Positions 53,496 through 63,696 of a stretch of 64,000 nt of DNA are shown one piece after another. Within the stretch, counting starts at the first letter, position 1, and each line of letters starts with the position of its first letter. The stretch lies in the IMG/VR virus record IMGVR_UViG_3300021376_000028, positions 1-64,000 of that record; one strand, written 5' to 3'. Under the pieces are notes generated by a model that was not told the origin of the DNA, did no database searches, and worked only from the letters and a program-made list of their open reading frames with translations. Both the position numbers and the translations under genes were made by a program. This stretch comes from a virus.

Positions 53496-54818
53496 TTAAC
53501 TCCTAATTAATTTATGAAGTTCGTTGCCAATCCATTCGGCAACTGGTGAGGCTATTGCATTGCCACACATTTTATACCGATTGGTATCGGCAATTTTTTT
53601 ACCATTAGAATCAAGTTGAGTGTGGTTATCAGGAAAGCCCATTAATCTTTCACATTCTAAAGGTGTTAATCTTCTTAAGACAAGCTCTGGTGTGCATACA
53701 GCATGTTGAGATGTTGTATCAATAGTATAACTAGGATCACCAACATCACCAAATCCTTTTCCAGCTGGCCCTGCCGTGTCTGAGCGACCAATCAACGTGC
53801 CCTGTATTGGAATAGCAATTTGTTCACCAACCAAGGGTACTTGCCCTCCGCCTGTGCCCATCCTATGTTTCAAGGTTGGGAAGATTTCATCTTCATATAT
53901 GCGCACATCGTTGACTCTAGTACCGTCAACAATTAAAACAGTAGCCCTGCTCTCACCACTATTATCAAAAGAATTTAAAGTAGGACTGGTTTCCTCGCTA
54001 CGCCACACTTCGGCTGGCAGGTTACCTTCATCATCTCTAGCGCCCGACCTAACCACCTTGACATACGGTTCAGGAACGGAATTCATATCAGGTCGTTCAT
54101 GATTGTAGAAAGATGTGCTCACCCCTCCTTGACCGTATTTACTATATCCTGTTTTTCTACACCAGATAGGTTCACTAATGCCTGCCTCAAGGGCTCGGGC
54201 AGCCTGTTTCCTTTTCTTTCTGCCCTTTTTAATATCCCCATCGCTGTCTTTGGGGACAGATAATATTTGACCTCCACTTCGCTCAATGGCTGTAGGATCC
54301 CAACAAGCGACGAGAAAAACCCTTCTTCTTCTCTGGGCGACTCCGAACCACTGTGCATCCAACACATGCCATTCAATTGCCAATGCCCCGATGTTTGCCA
54401 TTTGGTTGATGACTTCACCGAAATCTTCTCCTTTATTGCTTGTGAGGGCACCAGCGACATTTTCCCAGATTGCCCATTTTGGATATTCTCCGTTTGTTGC
54501 ATCTCGCATCTCCTTTATTATTCTTACACCTTCAAAAAATAAACCAGATCTTTCTCCTCCTAGACCTGATCTTTTACCAGCAACCGATAAATCCTGGCAT
54601 GGCGACCCAAAAGAAATTAGATCAACAGCAGGAAGCATCTTTGCGCTTACAGTTCTCACATCTTCGTATTTGATTACACCAGGCCAATGTCTTTTTAAAA
54701 TTTCTTGACAATTTTTATCCCATTCAACTTGGAATTTACAATCCCAACCTGCTGCATCAAAACCTAAGTCAAATCCACCGACACCGGCAAATAAACTTCC
54801 ATAAGTTAATTGTTTCAT
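53496..54818 (-). CDS. dcm: DNA cytosine-5 methyltransferase
   Basis: SLFAGVGG, GSPCQDLS, ENV, QRRRRVF, RRLTPLECERLMGFPD, RYKMCGNA. Confidence 0.93.
   Translation of the reverse strand: MKQLTYGSLFAGVGGFDLGFDAAGWDCKFQVEWDKNCQEILKRHWPGVIKYEDVRTVSAKMLPAVDLISFGSPCQDLSVAGKRSGLGGERSGLFFEGVRIIKEMRDATNGEYPKWAIWENVAGALTSNKGEDFGEVINQMANIGALAIEWHVLDAQWFGVAQRRRRVFLVACWDPTAIERSGGQILSVPKDSDGDIKKGRKKRKQAARALEAGISEPIWCRKTGYSKYGQGGVSTSFYNHERPDMNSVPEPYVKVVRSGARDDEGNLPAEVWRSEETSPTLNSFDNSGESRATVLIVDGTRVNDVRIYEDEIFPTLKHRMGTGGGQVPLVGEQIAIPIQGTLIGRSDTAGPAGKGFGDVGDPSYTIDTTSQHAVCTPELVLRRLTPLECERLMGFPDNHTQLDSNGKKIADTNRYKMCGNAIASPVAEWIGNELHKLIRS
54119..54502 (-). CDS. Nested out-of-frame ORF in dcm (M.EcoHK31I beta-subunit-like)
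   Basis: WQTSG..SSLVGILQ..KYYLSPKTAMGILKRAERKG..LP..L.QAL; AAGGAG upstream of its ATG. Confidence 0.6.
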   Translation of the reverse strand: MQQTENIQNGQSGKMSLVPSQAIKEKISVKSSTKWQTSGHWQLNGMCWMHSGSESPREEEGFFSSLVGILQPLSEVEVKYYLSPKTAMGILKRAERKGNRLPEPLRQALVNLSGVEKQDIVNTVKEG

Positions 54819-54819
54819 T

Positions 54820-55215
54820 TTATTTTCCTTTAAATATAATTAGAGCAGAAGGGAATGGTGCGGGGTTCTTCTGGTCGTCAAACTTTAGTCTACCCTTGAT
54901 AAAACGAATTTCATCAGAATTCATGACAAAGTTATGCCACCACCGAGTATCGGTACGACTAGGAATAAGAAAAACTGAAGTCTTCCCTTTTGCCTGTTCC
55001 TCAACAGCTTTTTCTAACCACTTGGCAATAACATTGCCATAAGGAGGGTTAACGAAATTACAGTTACCCCATTCAACTTCCAAACCATCAAACTGAGGAT
55101 TAGGAGGACAAGGATCAAAATCAAAATTAAATTCTTCATTAAGTTTCTCATAAAATGCCTTTGGTGTTTTCCAGTTATCTCTTGCAGCAGTAAAATGTAC
55201 TTTACTCTTATTCAT
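54820..55215 (-). CDS. dam: Phage DNA N6-adenine methyltransferase
   Basis: W.TP..F.FDPC..FVNPPYG..L.P.RTDT.WWH..FIKGRLKF. Confidence 0.88.
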   Translation of the reverse strand: MNKSKVHFTAARDNWKTPKAFYEKLNEEFNFDFDPCPPNPQFDGLEVEWGNCNFVNPPYGNVIAKWLEKAVEEQAKGKTSVFLIPSRTDTRWWHNFVMNSDEIRFIKGRLKFDDQKNPAPFPSALIIFKGK

Positions 55216-55361
55216 CCCATTTTTTCCCTATAATAATTTTTGGTGTTTCATGGCATATTCCACATCTACCCCAACTACCATTGCCCCAGTGAGTTTTCCA
55301 CTCACGACAGCATTTAATTACTATTTCAGGACCGTACCGCTGCACTAATTTTTTTCTACCT

Positions 55362-55661
55362 TCATTCATAATCACTGTCTCGTATTAATTCTTTAAAGAC
55401 ATGCCATTCAACTATTGCAACTTTTACATCTGAATCTTCTCCAAATACAACCGAGATACAAGGATGTTTATGATTTTGCTTCCAAGCATCTCGACGCATT
55501 TTAATCCAGGCTGTTCTGGATAAAGTGAATGACGCGCCATTATGTTTATAGTCAACGAGGAATTCATGAAATTCAGCATCCCCTTTTTTAAAACCCCTGC
55601 CAGAGTTTTTAACTGGTTTTGCACCATCTCTTTTCGCTTCTTGTTTTTCATTTCTTTTCAT
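55362..55661 (-). CDS. PD-(D/E)XK resolvase-like nuclease
   Basis: E..AK..NSGRG..KGD..LVDYK. Confidence 0.65.
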   Translation of the reverse strand: MKRNEKQEAKRDGAKPVKNSGRGFKKGDAEFHEFLVDYKHNGASFTLSRTAWIKMRRDAWKQNHKHPCISVVFGEDSDVKVAIVEWHVFKELIRDSDYE

Positions 55662-56003
55662 CTAAAGCCTCCTTACATAAACGACATGTAAATTTTTCTT
55701 TATTTTTTGTTACATAATACTTTCCACCAGTTAAACCGCAAGGAGTTTCGTAAAAATCCTGACCGTATTTACCGATTGAGTAATGAATTGTTATGTCGTC
55801 TTCAATTTTCATATTACTATTCTACTGGTTTGGAAGGCACAGCATAGTCGTCACCACGGCATGCACACGGGCATTTGGATTGATTTTAAAATTACTCCCA
55901 AGGTCTTGATTTGTCATGTTTGTCTTCCATCCTTTGCACAGCAGCCATAAAGAAAACAATACACAATCCCAAAGCAAAACCAACAGGATCACAAATAAAA
56001 GTT

Positions 56004-56930
56004 TTAATCTTGTTCATTAGATATAATCCTAGCAGATATATCGGCTATCTGCTTTTCATCTAGTTCAATCTTACTAATTCCGTTCCACTTTTCTTCTTTA
56101 TAAAAGAACCAAGCTCCCCTCCTTTCAATAATGTTCATCTCAACAGCAATATCAAGGAGTTCACGATACTTGTCCAAGATACCTTCTTGGGGAAGGACAT
56201 AGTAATGACCACTTGTCCCGATGCTTGGAATTTGCTTTGTCTTTTCAATTGTCCAAGTGACTCGCTGTGAAGTAATCATGTTTGTGTCATCCCTTTCCAT
56301 TTCCTTAGAAGACATTGACAAAAACAGTTTAACAATATTGTGCATGTTGTGATGAACAGTGTTGCCCATTTTTGCTTTTGTAACTGCATACATACCAGAA
56401 AGATCAATAGTTTGATGAGCAATAAACATCATCATATTTCTTTCTTTATGTAGATAGTTGACTAATTTTTGAAGCAGGAAACCTTGAGATCTAGACTGCA
56501 GACCCATTGCTTTGCCACCTTCAGGCTTGTCGTAAAACTCTTCCTTAATAATATTTGAGAGAGAGTCAAATAAAAAAATATGTTTTTCTTCTTCATGAGT
56601 CAAATACGGATAGACATTCTTAAGAATATCTTCTGCAACTGTTGATTGAATGACAACAATGTCATCAATATCAATACCACACTTGGCAGCATACCCTTCG
56701 TTAAAAGAATATTCAGAATCAACAATAACTGGTCGGAATCCTCTTGCTTGTGCCTCGGATAAAATCCTAAAGGCCATCGTGGACTTGCCCACTGATGGCG
56801 TACCCCAAAATAAATGTGTTGCACCTGTGTTCAAACCTCCACCCAATGCTCTATTTAATCCAACGCTGGGCGTAGGAATAACCTCATGAACTGGCATGGT
56901 GTCACCCTTGCGCTTATCAACTATTAACAT
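56004..56930 (-). CDS. recA: RecA/UvsX-like recombinase
   Basis: LNRALGGG, GTPSVGKST, VDSE, FLFDSL, GAWF. Confidence 0.88.
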   Translation of the reverse strand: MLIVDKRKGDTMPVHEVIPTPSVGLNRALGGGLNTGATHLFWGTPSVGKSTMAFRILSEAQARGFRPVIVDSEYSFNEGYAAKCGIDIDDIVVIQSTVAEDILKNVYPYLTHEEEKHIFLFDSLSNIIKEEFYDKPEGGKAMGLQSRSQGFLLQKLVNYLHKERNMMMFIAHQTIDLSGMYAVTKAKMGNTVHHNMHNIVKLFLSMSSKEMERDDTNMITSQRVTWTIEKTKQIPSIGTSGHYYVLPQEGILDKYRELLDIAVEMNIIERRGAWFFYKEEKWNGISKIELDEKQIADISARIISNEQD

Positions 56931-56939
56931 TTTTTATTC

Positions 56940-57992
56940 CTATCTAAAAAAATCTGTTCCGAGTCTTTTTACAACTGATTTCAAGAACTCATCACAGCGA
57001 GTTTTCCAATTATAGTTGGCGTAAACAGCCGGTGCCTGACCAAAATAGTATTTTATTTCGGTATCAAAGTTGTCTACAACTTTTCGCATAAGATACACTA
57101 ATGAATCAACATTTGGCAGAACAACTTCTCCCTGGGTGTATCCTGTGTGTTGTGTCGGCCCAATTGTTGATTCAACAACATTTGACCCCAAATAATTTTC
57201 ATAAGAACACCATACACCTGTTGATATCACAGGCATCCCTGTCGCAAGAGCTTGAAGCGGTATAAAACCAAATCCTTCACCTTCACTTGGGTATACCAAA
57301 ACATCATGATCATAGTAAAGTTGCACCATTTTTTCTTTGGTATACGTTTCATAAATATATTTAATACCTTCGTGTGGCGACACCAAGAATGATGAGTGAC
57401 CAAAGCCCTTTGCTTCTTCATGACCGTGATATTTCAATGTCAAAGAAACATCCGCTCTATGACGAAAAGCCTTTAAAAAAGCCTCCTGAGCCAGATCAGC
57501 ACGCTTACGGGGGCTTCCAGAATCAATATGCAGGAATTTTATTTGACGATTGTTGCCTCTTTTTTTAGGTTTCCACACATCATCAATACCCATCTCAAAA
57601 ACATATGTTGGAGTTTTAATATTAGAATTTAATACAGATTGTTGAGCAAAAAAGTTGCCAACCCAAATTTCATTAACAGAATTCATAGCATCAATCCAAT
57701 GATCCCAAACTTTAGTTGCTTCTAAATGCACCCCTTGTATTTTGTATTGATGATCGTAAAATTTTTTAAAATCTGGAGAGCGCAAATTTTGCATGTTATG
57801 CAAGTTATACCACTCTGGTTCCATATAGAATAATTGAGTATTTGCATCTGGTGAATTTTCCAAAACTTGCATTTTTTTGTTTCTATATGAAAATTTTGGA
57901 AAATGTTCCAAAAATTTATAATAACTGTATGAGTAACCCGAAGCGCCATTTGCATCTTTAATATGCTGGTCTGTATGCAGAGATATTTTCAT
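56940..57992 (-). CDS. Glycosyltransferase, GT-B/GT4-like
   Basis: PRKR, YPSEGEGFGFIPLQALATGMPVIST. Confidence 0.88.
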   Translation of the reverse strand: MKISLHTDQHIKDANGASGYSYSYYKFLEHFPKFSYRNKKMQVLENSPDANTQLFYMEPEWYNLHNMQNLRSPDFKKFYDHQYKIQGVHLEATKVWDHWIDAMNSVNEIWVGNFFAQQSVLNSNIKTPTYVFEMGIDDVWKPKKRGNNRQIKFLHIDSGSPRKRADLAQEAFLKAFRHRADVSLTLKYHGHEEAKGFGHSSFLVSPHEGIKYIYETYTKEKMVQLYYDHDVLVYPSEGEGFGFIPLQALATGMPVISTGVWCSYENYLGSNVVESTIGPTQHTGYTQGEVVLPNVDSLVYLMRKVVDNFDTEIKYYFGQAPAVYANYNWKTRCDEFLKSVVKRLGTDFFR

Positions 57993-58516
57993 TGTAAAAC
58001 AACAAGTCTTCTTGTTGAATGAGGAATGAACCCGGGGGTATCAACATGACAAAACTTCATATCTATTGATGCAACAAGAGTCTTTTTTGTATTTTTCATT
58101 ATTAATTCAAATTGATCAACACTCGGTTGATGTTCTATTGAGTGTTCAATTATGGTAATTTTTGATTCCTCAACAATCTTAAAAAATGAATCCCATTCAT
58201 CTTTCTCGCCTTCAATTTCCAGACCGAGCGCCATGACACCAAAATTATCATCCAACAAATCACCATGTTCGTTAACCCATGCTGAAACTGTTCCATGATA
58301 GGAATCAACCATTGTTTTTAAAGGATCAATTGGTATTACATTATATGGGTACGCGCCCCCAATTGTTCTTTTATAAGCACCAACATCAATAATAAAACTT
58401 ACATCAGATAAAAAATATTCTGCAATGTGATGTCTCAAAAGATACTCTTTTGATATTAAATATTCCCATCTGTCCACTACTTGCCAACTCTCGGCATTAT
58501 TAAAGCAGTTCCACAC
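57989..58516 (-). CDS. Hypothetical protein (methyltransferase-like IIDVGA)
   Basis: IIDVGA..IPIDP; start uncertain. Confidence 0.5.
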   Translation of the reverse strand: MWNCFNNAESWQVVDRWEYLISKEYLLRHHIAEYFLSDVSFIIDVGAYKRTIGGAYPYNVIPIDPLKTMVDSYHGTVSAWVNEHGDLLDDNFGVMALGLEIEGEKDEWDSFFKIVEESKITIIEHSIEHQPSVDQFELIMKNTKKTLVASIDMKFCHVDTPGFIPHSTRRLVVLQ

Positions 58517-59082
58517 CCAACCGCAAAATTCACCATATCATGACCGTTTTCTTTTGCCCAATCAACAGCGGCGTAGTAAGAGCCAATGGTCGGATGATCC
58601 CCATCAGAGCTATTGTTTGTATCATGAACAGTTATAGCCCAAACCTTATGTTTGTTCATATTTCCACCATAATTATTTAAATCTTTATATACCTGTTCGT
58701 ATGAATGGTCTGCATCAACATGTAAATAATCAATTGAAGGGAATAAACCGTAACACTCATCTGTTGTATTGACAATCAGATTTATTTCTGGATAGCCCTC
58801 TATGCCTGTCTCTGTGTACACGGGCAACCCCCAGGGACCAATATTTGCATCAATTAAATTAATATTAAACTGGCCGAGAAGACCTTCTTCAATTAATGTT
58901 CTTTGCGCCTCTACCATTAACTTTGGAACAAAGCCAGCCCCCGAACCCAAGCACACAACACTACTGGCTCTTAACGAGTAGGGTAATGTGTAATAAAAAG
59001 ATCCCATGCCTAAATGATTACCAACAGAACCGTGTGATTCTGACCATTTAGATGTTTTGATTATCTCCTCAAACCTTGACAT
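58477..59082 (-). CDS. Class I SAM-dependent methyltransferase (Methyltransf_24-like)
   Basis: VCLGSGAG, IDYLHVDADHSYE.V..D, HDT. Confidence 0.8.
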   Translation of the reverse strand: MSRFEEIIKTSKWSESHGSVGNHLGMGSFYYTLPYSLRASSVVCLGSGAGFVPKLMVEAQRTLIEEGLLGQFNINLIDANIGPWGLPVYTETGIEGYPEINLIVNTTDECYGLFPSIDYLHVDADHSYEQVYKDLNNYGGNMNKHKVWAITVHDTNNSSDGDHPTIGSYYAAVDWAKENGHDMVNFAVGCGTALIMPRVGK

Positions 59083-62000
59083 AATCTTCCTTTTTAAGAG
59101 ATTTTCTTTCTATGTAATTGTCAATAGAAATTATACCATTCTCGTTTTCAATTTTGTATGAATCTAAGCGAGTTAATGTTTTTTGGTCCTCAATTTTATT
59201 GAGTCTAACAGCATACCAATTTCCAACCGAGACAACATGTCTAAGTTTTTTAAAAATTACAGGGAAAATAACAACCTTGAAGATTGAGTCTCCGTCCCAG
59301 CAGTAAAGGTTGGACATGTCTGTGCCTTTTGATGTGGTAAATGTCCTCTGATGGAATACATACATCAATGTCTTTTCATCATTTACCAAACCCAAACCAG
59401 TGTTATACAACCACTCTTGTTCATGTTGCTTGCCTTTTGATATTTTCATCATTAGGTTGTATAAAGGAGTGCCGTGGTATTCATATGCATCACAAAAAGC
59501 ATGCAGTGTCCTGTCACCTATTAATGCATAAACAAAATCTCTTGTTGCAAGTTCAGTATTTCTTTCTGCAAAAACTGTTGTTGAGCCTGAATGATCTTCA
59601 AATTCAATCCGCAAATACTGAGGTGTCTTTTTTGTAGACCGGACCACCGCTTTTACAAGAGTGAGAGGAGAATTTGTTTCATGGAAATCAACAATCTCTC
59701 CCACAAGAGTGTCAATTTCGTTTGCCCCTCCAGTTTGCTTGAGAGAGAAACCCAAGATGGGCAAGTAATACTTTTCATGGTCATACTGAGAAGCATGACC
59801 GATTTCAGAAAACGCACCAACCTTGTCAAAGTTTTCTCTCAGTGTGCTCTTAACAGCTGTCTTGCGACATTTATTTGTGAACTCTTCATAAGAATTAAAA
59901 GGTCTCTTTGCAAAAATTTCTTCAATAGCAGCTTTACCACAAGAAGCAACATTTGAAAGACCAAAACGAATTGCGTCACGATCAATTGTGAACAACTCAC
60001 CTGAGATATTAATATCTGGAGGTAATATCGTGATACCCATTCTCTGCGCTTCCATCAAGTATGCAGTAATCTTGTCAGTCGCAGTTTCGTTATACAGCAA
60101 AGCCCAAACAAACTCAACAGGGTAATGTATTTTTAACCACATCGTTTGGTATGAAAGCATTGAATAAGAAACCGCATGAGATTTATTAAACATGTACAAG
60201 GCTGCCAGTTCAAACTCAGACCAAATTTTCTTTGCTGCAGTCTTTGTAATATAAGGATTGTTAATAAACTTCTCCTTAAACTCATCAAAACCGGCAACAT
60301 CCCTTTTCTTACCAATGATCTTCCTCAACTTGTCTGCTTCGGCCCATGTAAAACCAGCAATAAGCACCGCCATCTGCATCAGTTGCTCTTGGAAAATAAC
60401 TGTTCCATAAGTTTCTGCAAGGACTTCTTTCACAACCTCATGAGGGTATGAAGGTTTAGCGTTGCCCTTCTTGCAGTCAATGTATTTCTGCCCCTGCGAA
60501 AGAAGAGCGCCTGGCCTAACAAGGGCGTTGGAAACAACTAGGTCATTGAAATTGTCAATGCCCATTCTTTCAATTAAATTTCTATAAGCAGCGGCATCTG
60601 CTTGGAATACACCTACAGTATTACCAGAATTAAAATTCTCAAAAATTAAAGGGTCGTCTAGGGTTAGCGATGCCTTTCGTGTATCAATTCCCCTTGTTTC
60701 CTTAATCTTGTTTATGCAATCTTTAATCACAGAAACAGTCTTGAGACCAAGAATATCAATTTTAATTAGACCGACAGCCTCGGCATCTTCCATATCAAAA
60801 GCCGTAACAACCGATCTTTCACCGGTTGCCGAATCTTTACGGGTTTCAACAGGGCAAACTTCACTTAACGGTAACGAGGAAACCACCATGCCAGCAGCGT
60901 GGACTCCAGCATTTCTAATCCGACCTTCAAGCATCCTTGCAGTTGTCGGAATATCTGGATATTTCCGACAGAAGATTTTACCCTTCTCTGTTGCAACCAG
61001 TTCATCAATGGTTTCAAAGTATGGGGTAATAGCATTGATTTCTTGATACGGAACCTGAAAGACTCTAGCAACATCCTTAACTGCTGACTTTGGTTTGAAC
61101 TCTCCATATGTCGTGATAGCTGCAACATTATCTGCACCCCAACGCTCTCTTAAATAATTACGGACCTCACCACGGCGCTTGTCCTCAAAATCAAGGTCAA
61201 TATCTGGGTAGTCGTTTCTTTCCGGATTGATGAATCTAGAGAACAGAAGCCCATACTTAATGGGGTCTACAAGAGTAATATCCAAAAGGAATGCCAAAAC
61301 AGAACCACCGACAGAACCACGACCAGGGCCGCGACCAATACCGTTATTGTCTGCCCATTTAACAAGATCCCAAACAATCAAGAAATAATCAGAGAACCCA
61401 AGATTGTTGATAATTGACAATTCTTCTTCAAGCCGAACCTTGTATTGTTCACCAAGACTCCTGTTCTTGATTGCAAACTCTGCAATTTCACGCAGATAAT
61501 TGTTTGATTCAAGAACCTTGGAATATTTGGGAAGAAGATTGCGTTTTGTGACAACCTCGGCTGAACACTTCTCAGCAATCTCCATTGTATTTTCAAGGTA
61601 TAGCACATTATCATAGCCAACCTCTCTAAACCAAGAATGAACCGTTTGGGCATCTGCAATATAAGGATTAATCTCATCAAATCTTAAAAACCTCTGAGGA
61701 TACATTGCATTTATCTTGTCCACAAGGTCATGCTTGTGGTCGCTTACTGAGGTAATATTGGCTTGGGCAATTCTAATATCTGCAGCACTTAATGAAGGGT
61801 ACTGAGACACCATTAGAAGAACCTCTTCGGCTCCACGGTGGCTGTGCGTTGGAAAATGGCAGTCAGCCGTAGCAACAACCTTTTTGTTATAGGTGTTGGC
61901 CAGTTTGATTAGATTGTCATTGAGGTTTTTTGAGTTCCATGCTTGGATTTCGTAATAAAAGTCATCTCCAAAGATTTTGATAAATCTCTCGGACAATTCT

Positions 62001-62464
62001 TCAGCCCTGGCATAATTACCAGCCTCAATTGCCTTTGAAATTGCACTGGCCATACAACCAGAAAGGGCAACAATATCGCCCCTGACCATCTGCTCTAGAA
62101 GAGCAAAATCAATGCGTGGTTTATAATAAAAGTTTTTGGTCCAACCCAATTGAGACATTTTGAAAAGTTTGTTTAAGCCCTCATTATTCTTTGCAAGAAG
62201 GATGAGATGAAAACGCTCGTACTTTGTTTGTTCGTCTTGACCAATTGAGGGGACAAAATAAGCTTCAATGCCAAAAAGGGGTTTTACATTATTCTTACGA
62301 CACGCATCCTGAAATTTAAGAACTCCACCCATCGTGCCGTGGTCTGTAATTGCCGAAGCAAATTGACCGTTTGTACTTGTAATCTGTGCAATTTCATTTG
62401 GCGTAGACATACCATCTAGCAATGAATATTCGCTGTGACAGTGCAAATGCACAAAGTCAATCAT
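59069..62464 (-). CDS. dnaE: DNA polymerase III alpha subunit
   Basis: FVHLHCHSEYSLLDG PHP domain, GPGRGS, PDIDLDF, HAAG, KIDILGL, FNKSH; no intein seen. Confidence 0.95.
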   Translation of the reverse strand: MIDFVHLHCHSEYSLLDGMSTPNEIAQITSTNGQFASAITDHGTMGGVLKFQDACRKNNVKPLFGIEAYFVPSIGQDEQTKYERFHLILLAKNNEGLNKLFKMSQLGWTKNFYYKPRIDFALLEQMVRGDIVALSGCMASAISKAIEAGNYARAEELSERFIKIFGDDFYYEIQAWNSKNLNDNLIKLANTYNKKVVATADCHFPTHSHRGAEEVLLMVSQYPSLSAADIRIAQANITSVSDHKHDLVDKINAMYPQRFLRFDEINPYIADAQTVHSWFREVGYDNVLYLENTMEIAEKCSAEVVTKRNLLPKYSKVLESNNYLREIAEFAIKNRSLGEQYKVRLEEELSIINNLGFSDYFLIVWDLVKWADNNGIGRGPGRGSVGGSVLAFLLDITLVDPIKYGLLFSRFINPERNDYPDIDLDFEDKRRGEVRNYLRERWGADNVAAITTYGEFKPKSAVKDVARVFQVPYQEINAITPYFETIDELVATEKGKIFCRKYPDIPTTARMLEGRIRNAGVHAAGMVVSSLPLSEVCPVETRKDSATGERSVVTAFDMEDAEAVGLIKIDILGLKTVSVIKDCINKIKETRGIDTRKASLTLDDPLIFENFNSGNTVGVFQADAAAYRNLIERMGIDNFNDLVVSNALVRPGALLSQGQKYIDCKKGNAKPSYPHEVVKEVLAETYGTVIFQEQLMQMAVLIAGFTWAEADKLRKIIGKKRDVAGFDEFKEKFINNPYITKTAAKKIWSEFELAALYMFNKSHAVSYSMLSYQTMWLKIHYPVEFVWALLYNETATDKITAYLMEAQRMGITILPPDINISGELFTIDRDAIRFGLSNVASCGKAAIEEIFAKRPFNSYEEFTNKCRKTAVKSTLRENFDKVGAFSEIGHASQYDHEKYYLPILGFSLKQTGGANEIDTLVGEIVDFHETNSPLTLVKAVVRSTKKTPQYLRIEFEDHSGSTTVFAERNTELATRDFVYALIGDRTLHAFCDAYEYHGTPLYNLMMKISKGKQHEQEWLYNTGLGLVNDEKTLMYVFHQRTFTTSKGTDMSNLYCWDGDSIFKVVIFPVIFKKLRHVVSVGNWYAVRLNKIEDQKTLTRLDSYKIENENGIISIDNYIERKSLKKEDYVKV

Positions 62465-62989
62465 TTAGTTCCAATCTAAATCGTAAAGTGTTTCTATTGT
62501 TGGAAATTCGTTCCAGTGCGGCTCATTGTACCACTGCTTTCTCAGGTAAGCATTTACACCTTCATTCAAAAGAATTCTTACTTCGTTCGGATTATCTTCA
62601 ACAACAAAAGCCGGATTCAATTTTTCAATCACGCCGTGCTTCTCATGTATGTTTGTAAAAGAAACACTGGATGCTCCAACTCTCCATGTGTCCAGCCATT
62701 CATGAGTCGTCTTCATTGCAGCACTACAGCGCCTTGCTGTCACAATATGTATATCAATATTTTGGCTAAACCAGTAGTTGATCTGGTGCCATGCGTCCGC
62801 GTATGGCTTTAAATTTTTCCAAAATATTGTGTTGTTGAATACGTTCATTGCCTCTGGATCATTTGAATCACTAATCAACCAATGTGAATAGTCATAATCG
62901 GCCACGCCTTTTGCCATGAATATCTGGGATATGGGCGTATCAATGTCGGCAATAACGCCATCTAAATCTAAAACAATATTTTTCTTCAT
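62465..62989 (-). CDS. HAD-family 5'(3')-deoxyribonucleotidase
   Basis: LDLDGVIAD, IVTAR, VEDNP; start ATG62989 downstream of the terminator. Confidence 0.8.
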   Translation of the reverse strand: MKKNIVLDLDGVIADIDTPISQIFMAKGVADYDYSHWLISDSNDPEAMNVFNNTIFWKNLKPYADAWHQINYWFSQNIDIHIVTARRCSAAMKTTHEWLDTWRVGASSVSFTNIHEKHGVIEKLNPAFVVEDNPNEVRILLNEGVNAYLRKQWYNEPHWNEFPTIETLYDLDWN

Positions 62990-63008
62990 AATTTTGGACA
63001 AGCAAATA

Positions 63009-63028
63009 GGGAGCCCCGAAGGGCTCCC
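63009..63028 (-). terminator. Hairpin after the SSB gene (UUCG loop)
   Basis: GGGAGCCC-ttcg-GGGCTCCC on the - strand. Confidence 0.65.
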
Positions 63029-63042
63029 CATCGCCATTCACC

Positions 63043-63687
63043 TCACCAAGTGTCTTTTTCAATTTCTCCGGTTGTATAAAACTTCTCCTGCTTCTCATAA
63101 GGAAGAGTTAAATACATATTTGTAAGATCATGATATGGCAAATTCTTAATTGAATCTGGCATTTCAGAAACCTCAAGAGGGATCAGGCTGTAGTTTGTAT
63201 CTGATGCACCTGAGCCAGTTCTAGAAATCTTATAGAACCGGTCTGTGATCGTACCAAACTCCTTGGCATACTCAATCAGAGTAAGACCAACATGGCGCTG
63301 ATTAAAAGTCGTGTCAAGAACTCTCGGCTCCCAAACACCCGGCTCTGTCTCAACAGCAATGTTGATCAGAAGATGAGGCTTTGGTCTCCAAGCTTTATCA
63401 ACAGTAGACTTCTCAGCAGCCCAGCAACGATAGTTGTACTTTTCTAAACCGGCAGTAGAGGCAGCCCTCCACTTCCAATTAATTGGCGATGTAACAACCG
63501 GCACATTAATTGCAGTACCAGACTCATCGTCATAATTCTTAGCGTCCTCCGTCATTTCCTGACGGAATCTGATCCGGTACGACTCTCCTGCCGACACCGT
63601 GAAATATTTCTTAACAGATGATTTTCCACCTTGTGGTGTGACCACCTGCTTTTCTAATTCATTTAAAGTTTTCATTGATTTAAACAT
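63043..63687 (-). CDS. Single-stranded DNA-binding protein (gp32-like)
   Basis: RIRF, YKISRTG.G..DTNYSLIP; acidic/aromatic C-terminus; replication cluster. Confidence 0.7.
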   Translation of the reverse strand: MFKSMKTLNELEKQVVTPQGGKSSVKKYFTVSAGESYRIRFRQEMTEDAKNYDDESGTAINVPVVTSPINWKWRAASTAGLEKYNYRCWAAEKSTVDKAWRPKPHLLINIAVETEPGVWEPRVLDTTFNQRHVGLTLIEYAKEFGTITDRFYKISRTGSGASDTNYSLIPLEVSEMPDSIKNLPYHDLTNMYLTLPYEKQEKFYTTGEIEKDTW

Positions 63688-63696
63688 GTTGTTCTC

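Noticed and set aside
7679-62464. Inteins or self-splicing introns in nrdJ, terL, recA or dnaE
   Set aside because: The ORFs are continuous, of normal length, and show no intein splice motifs.
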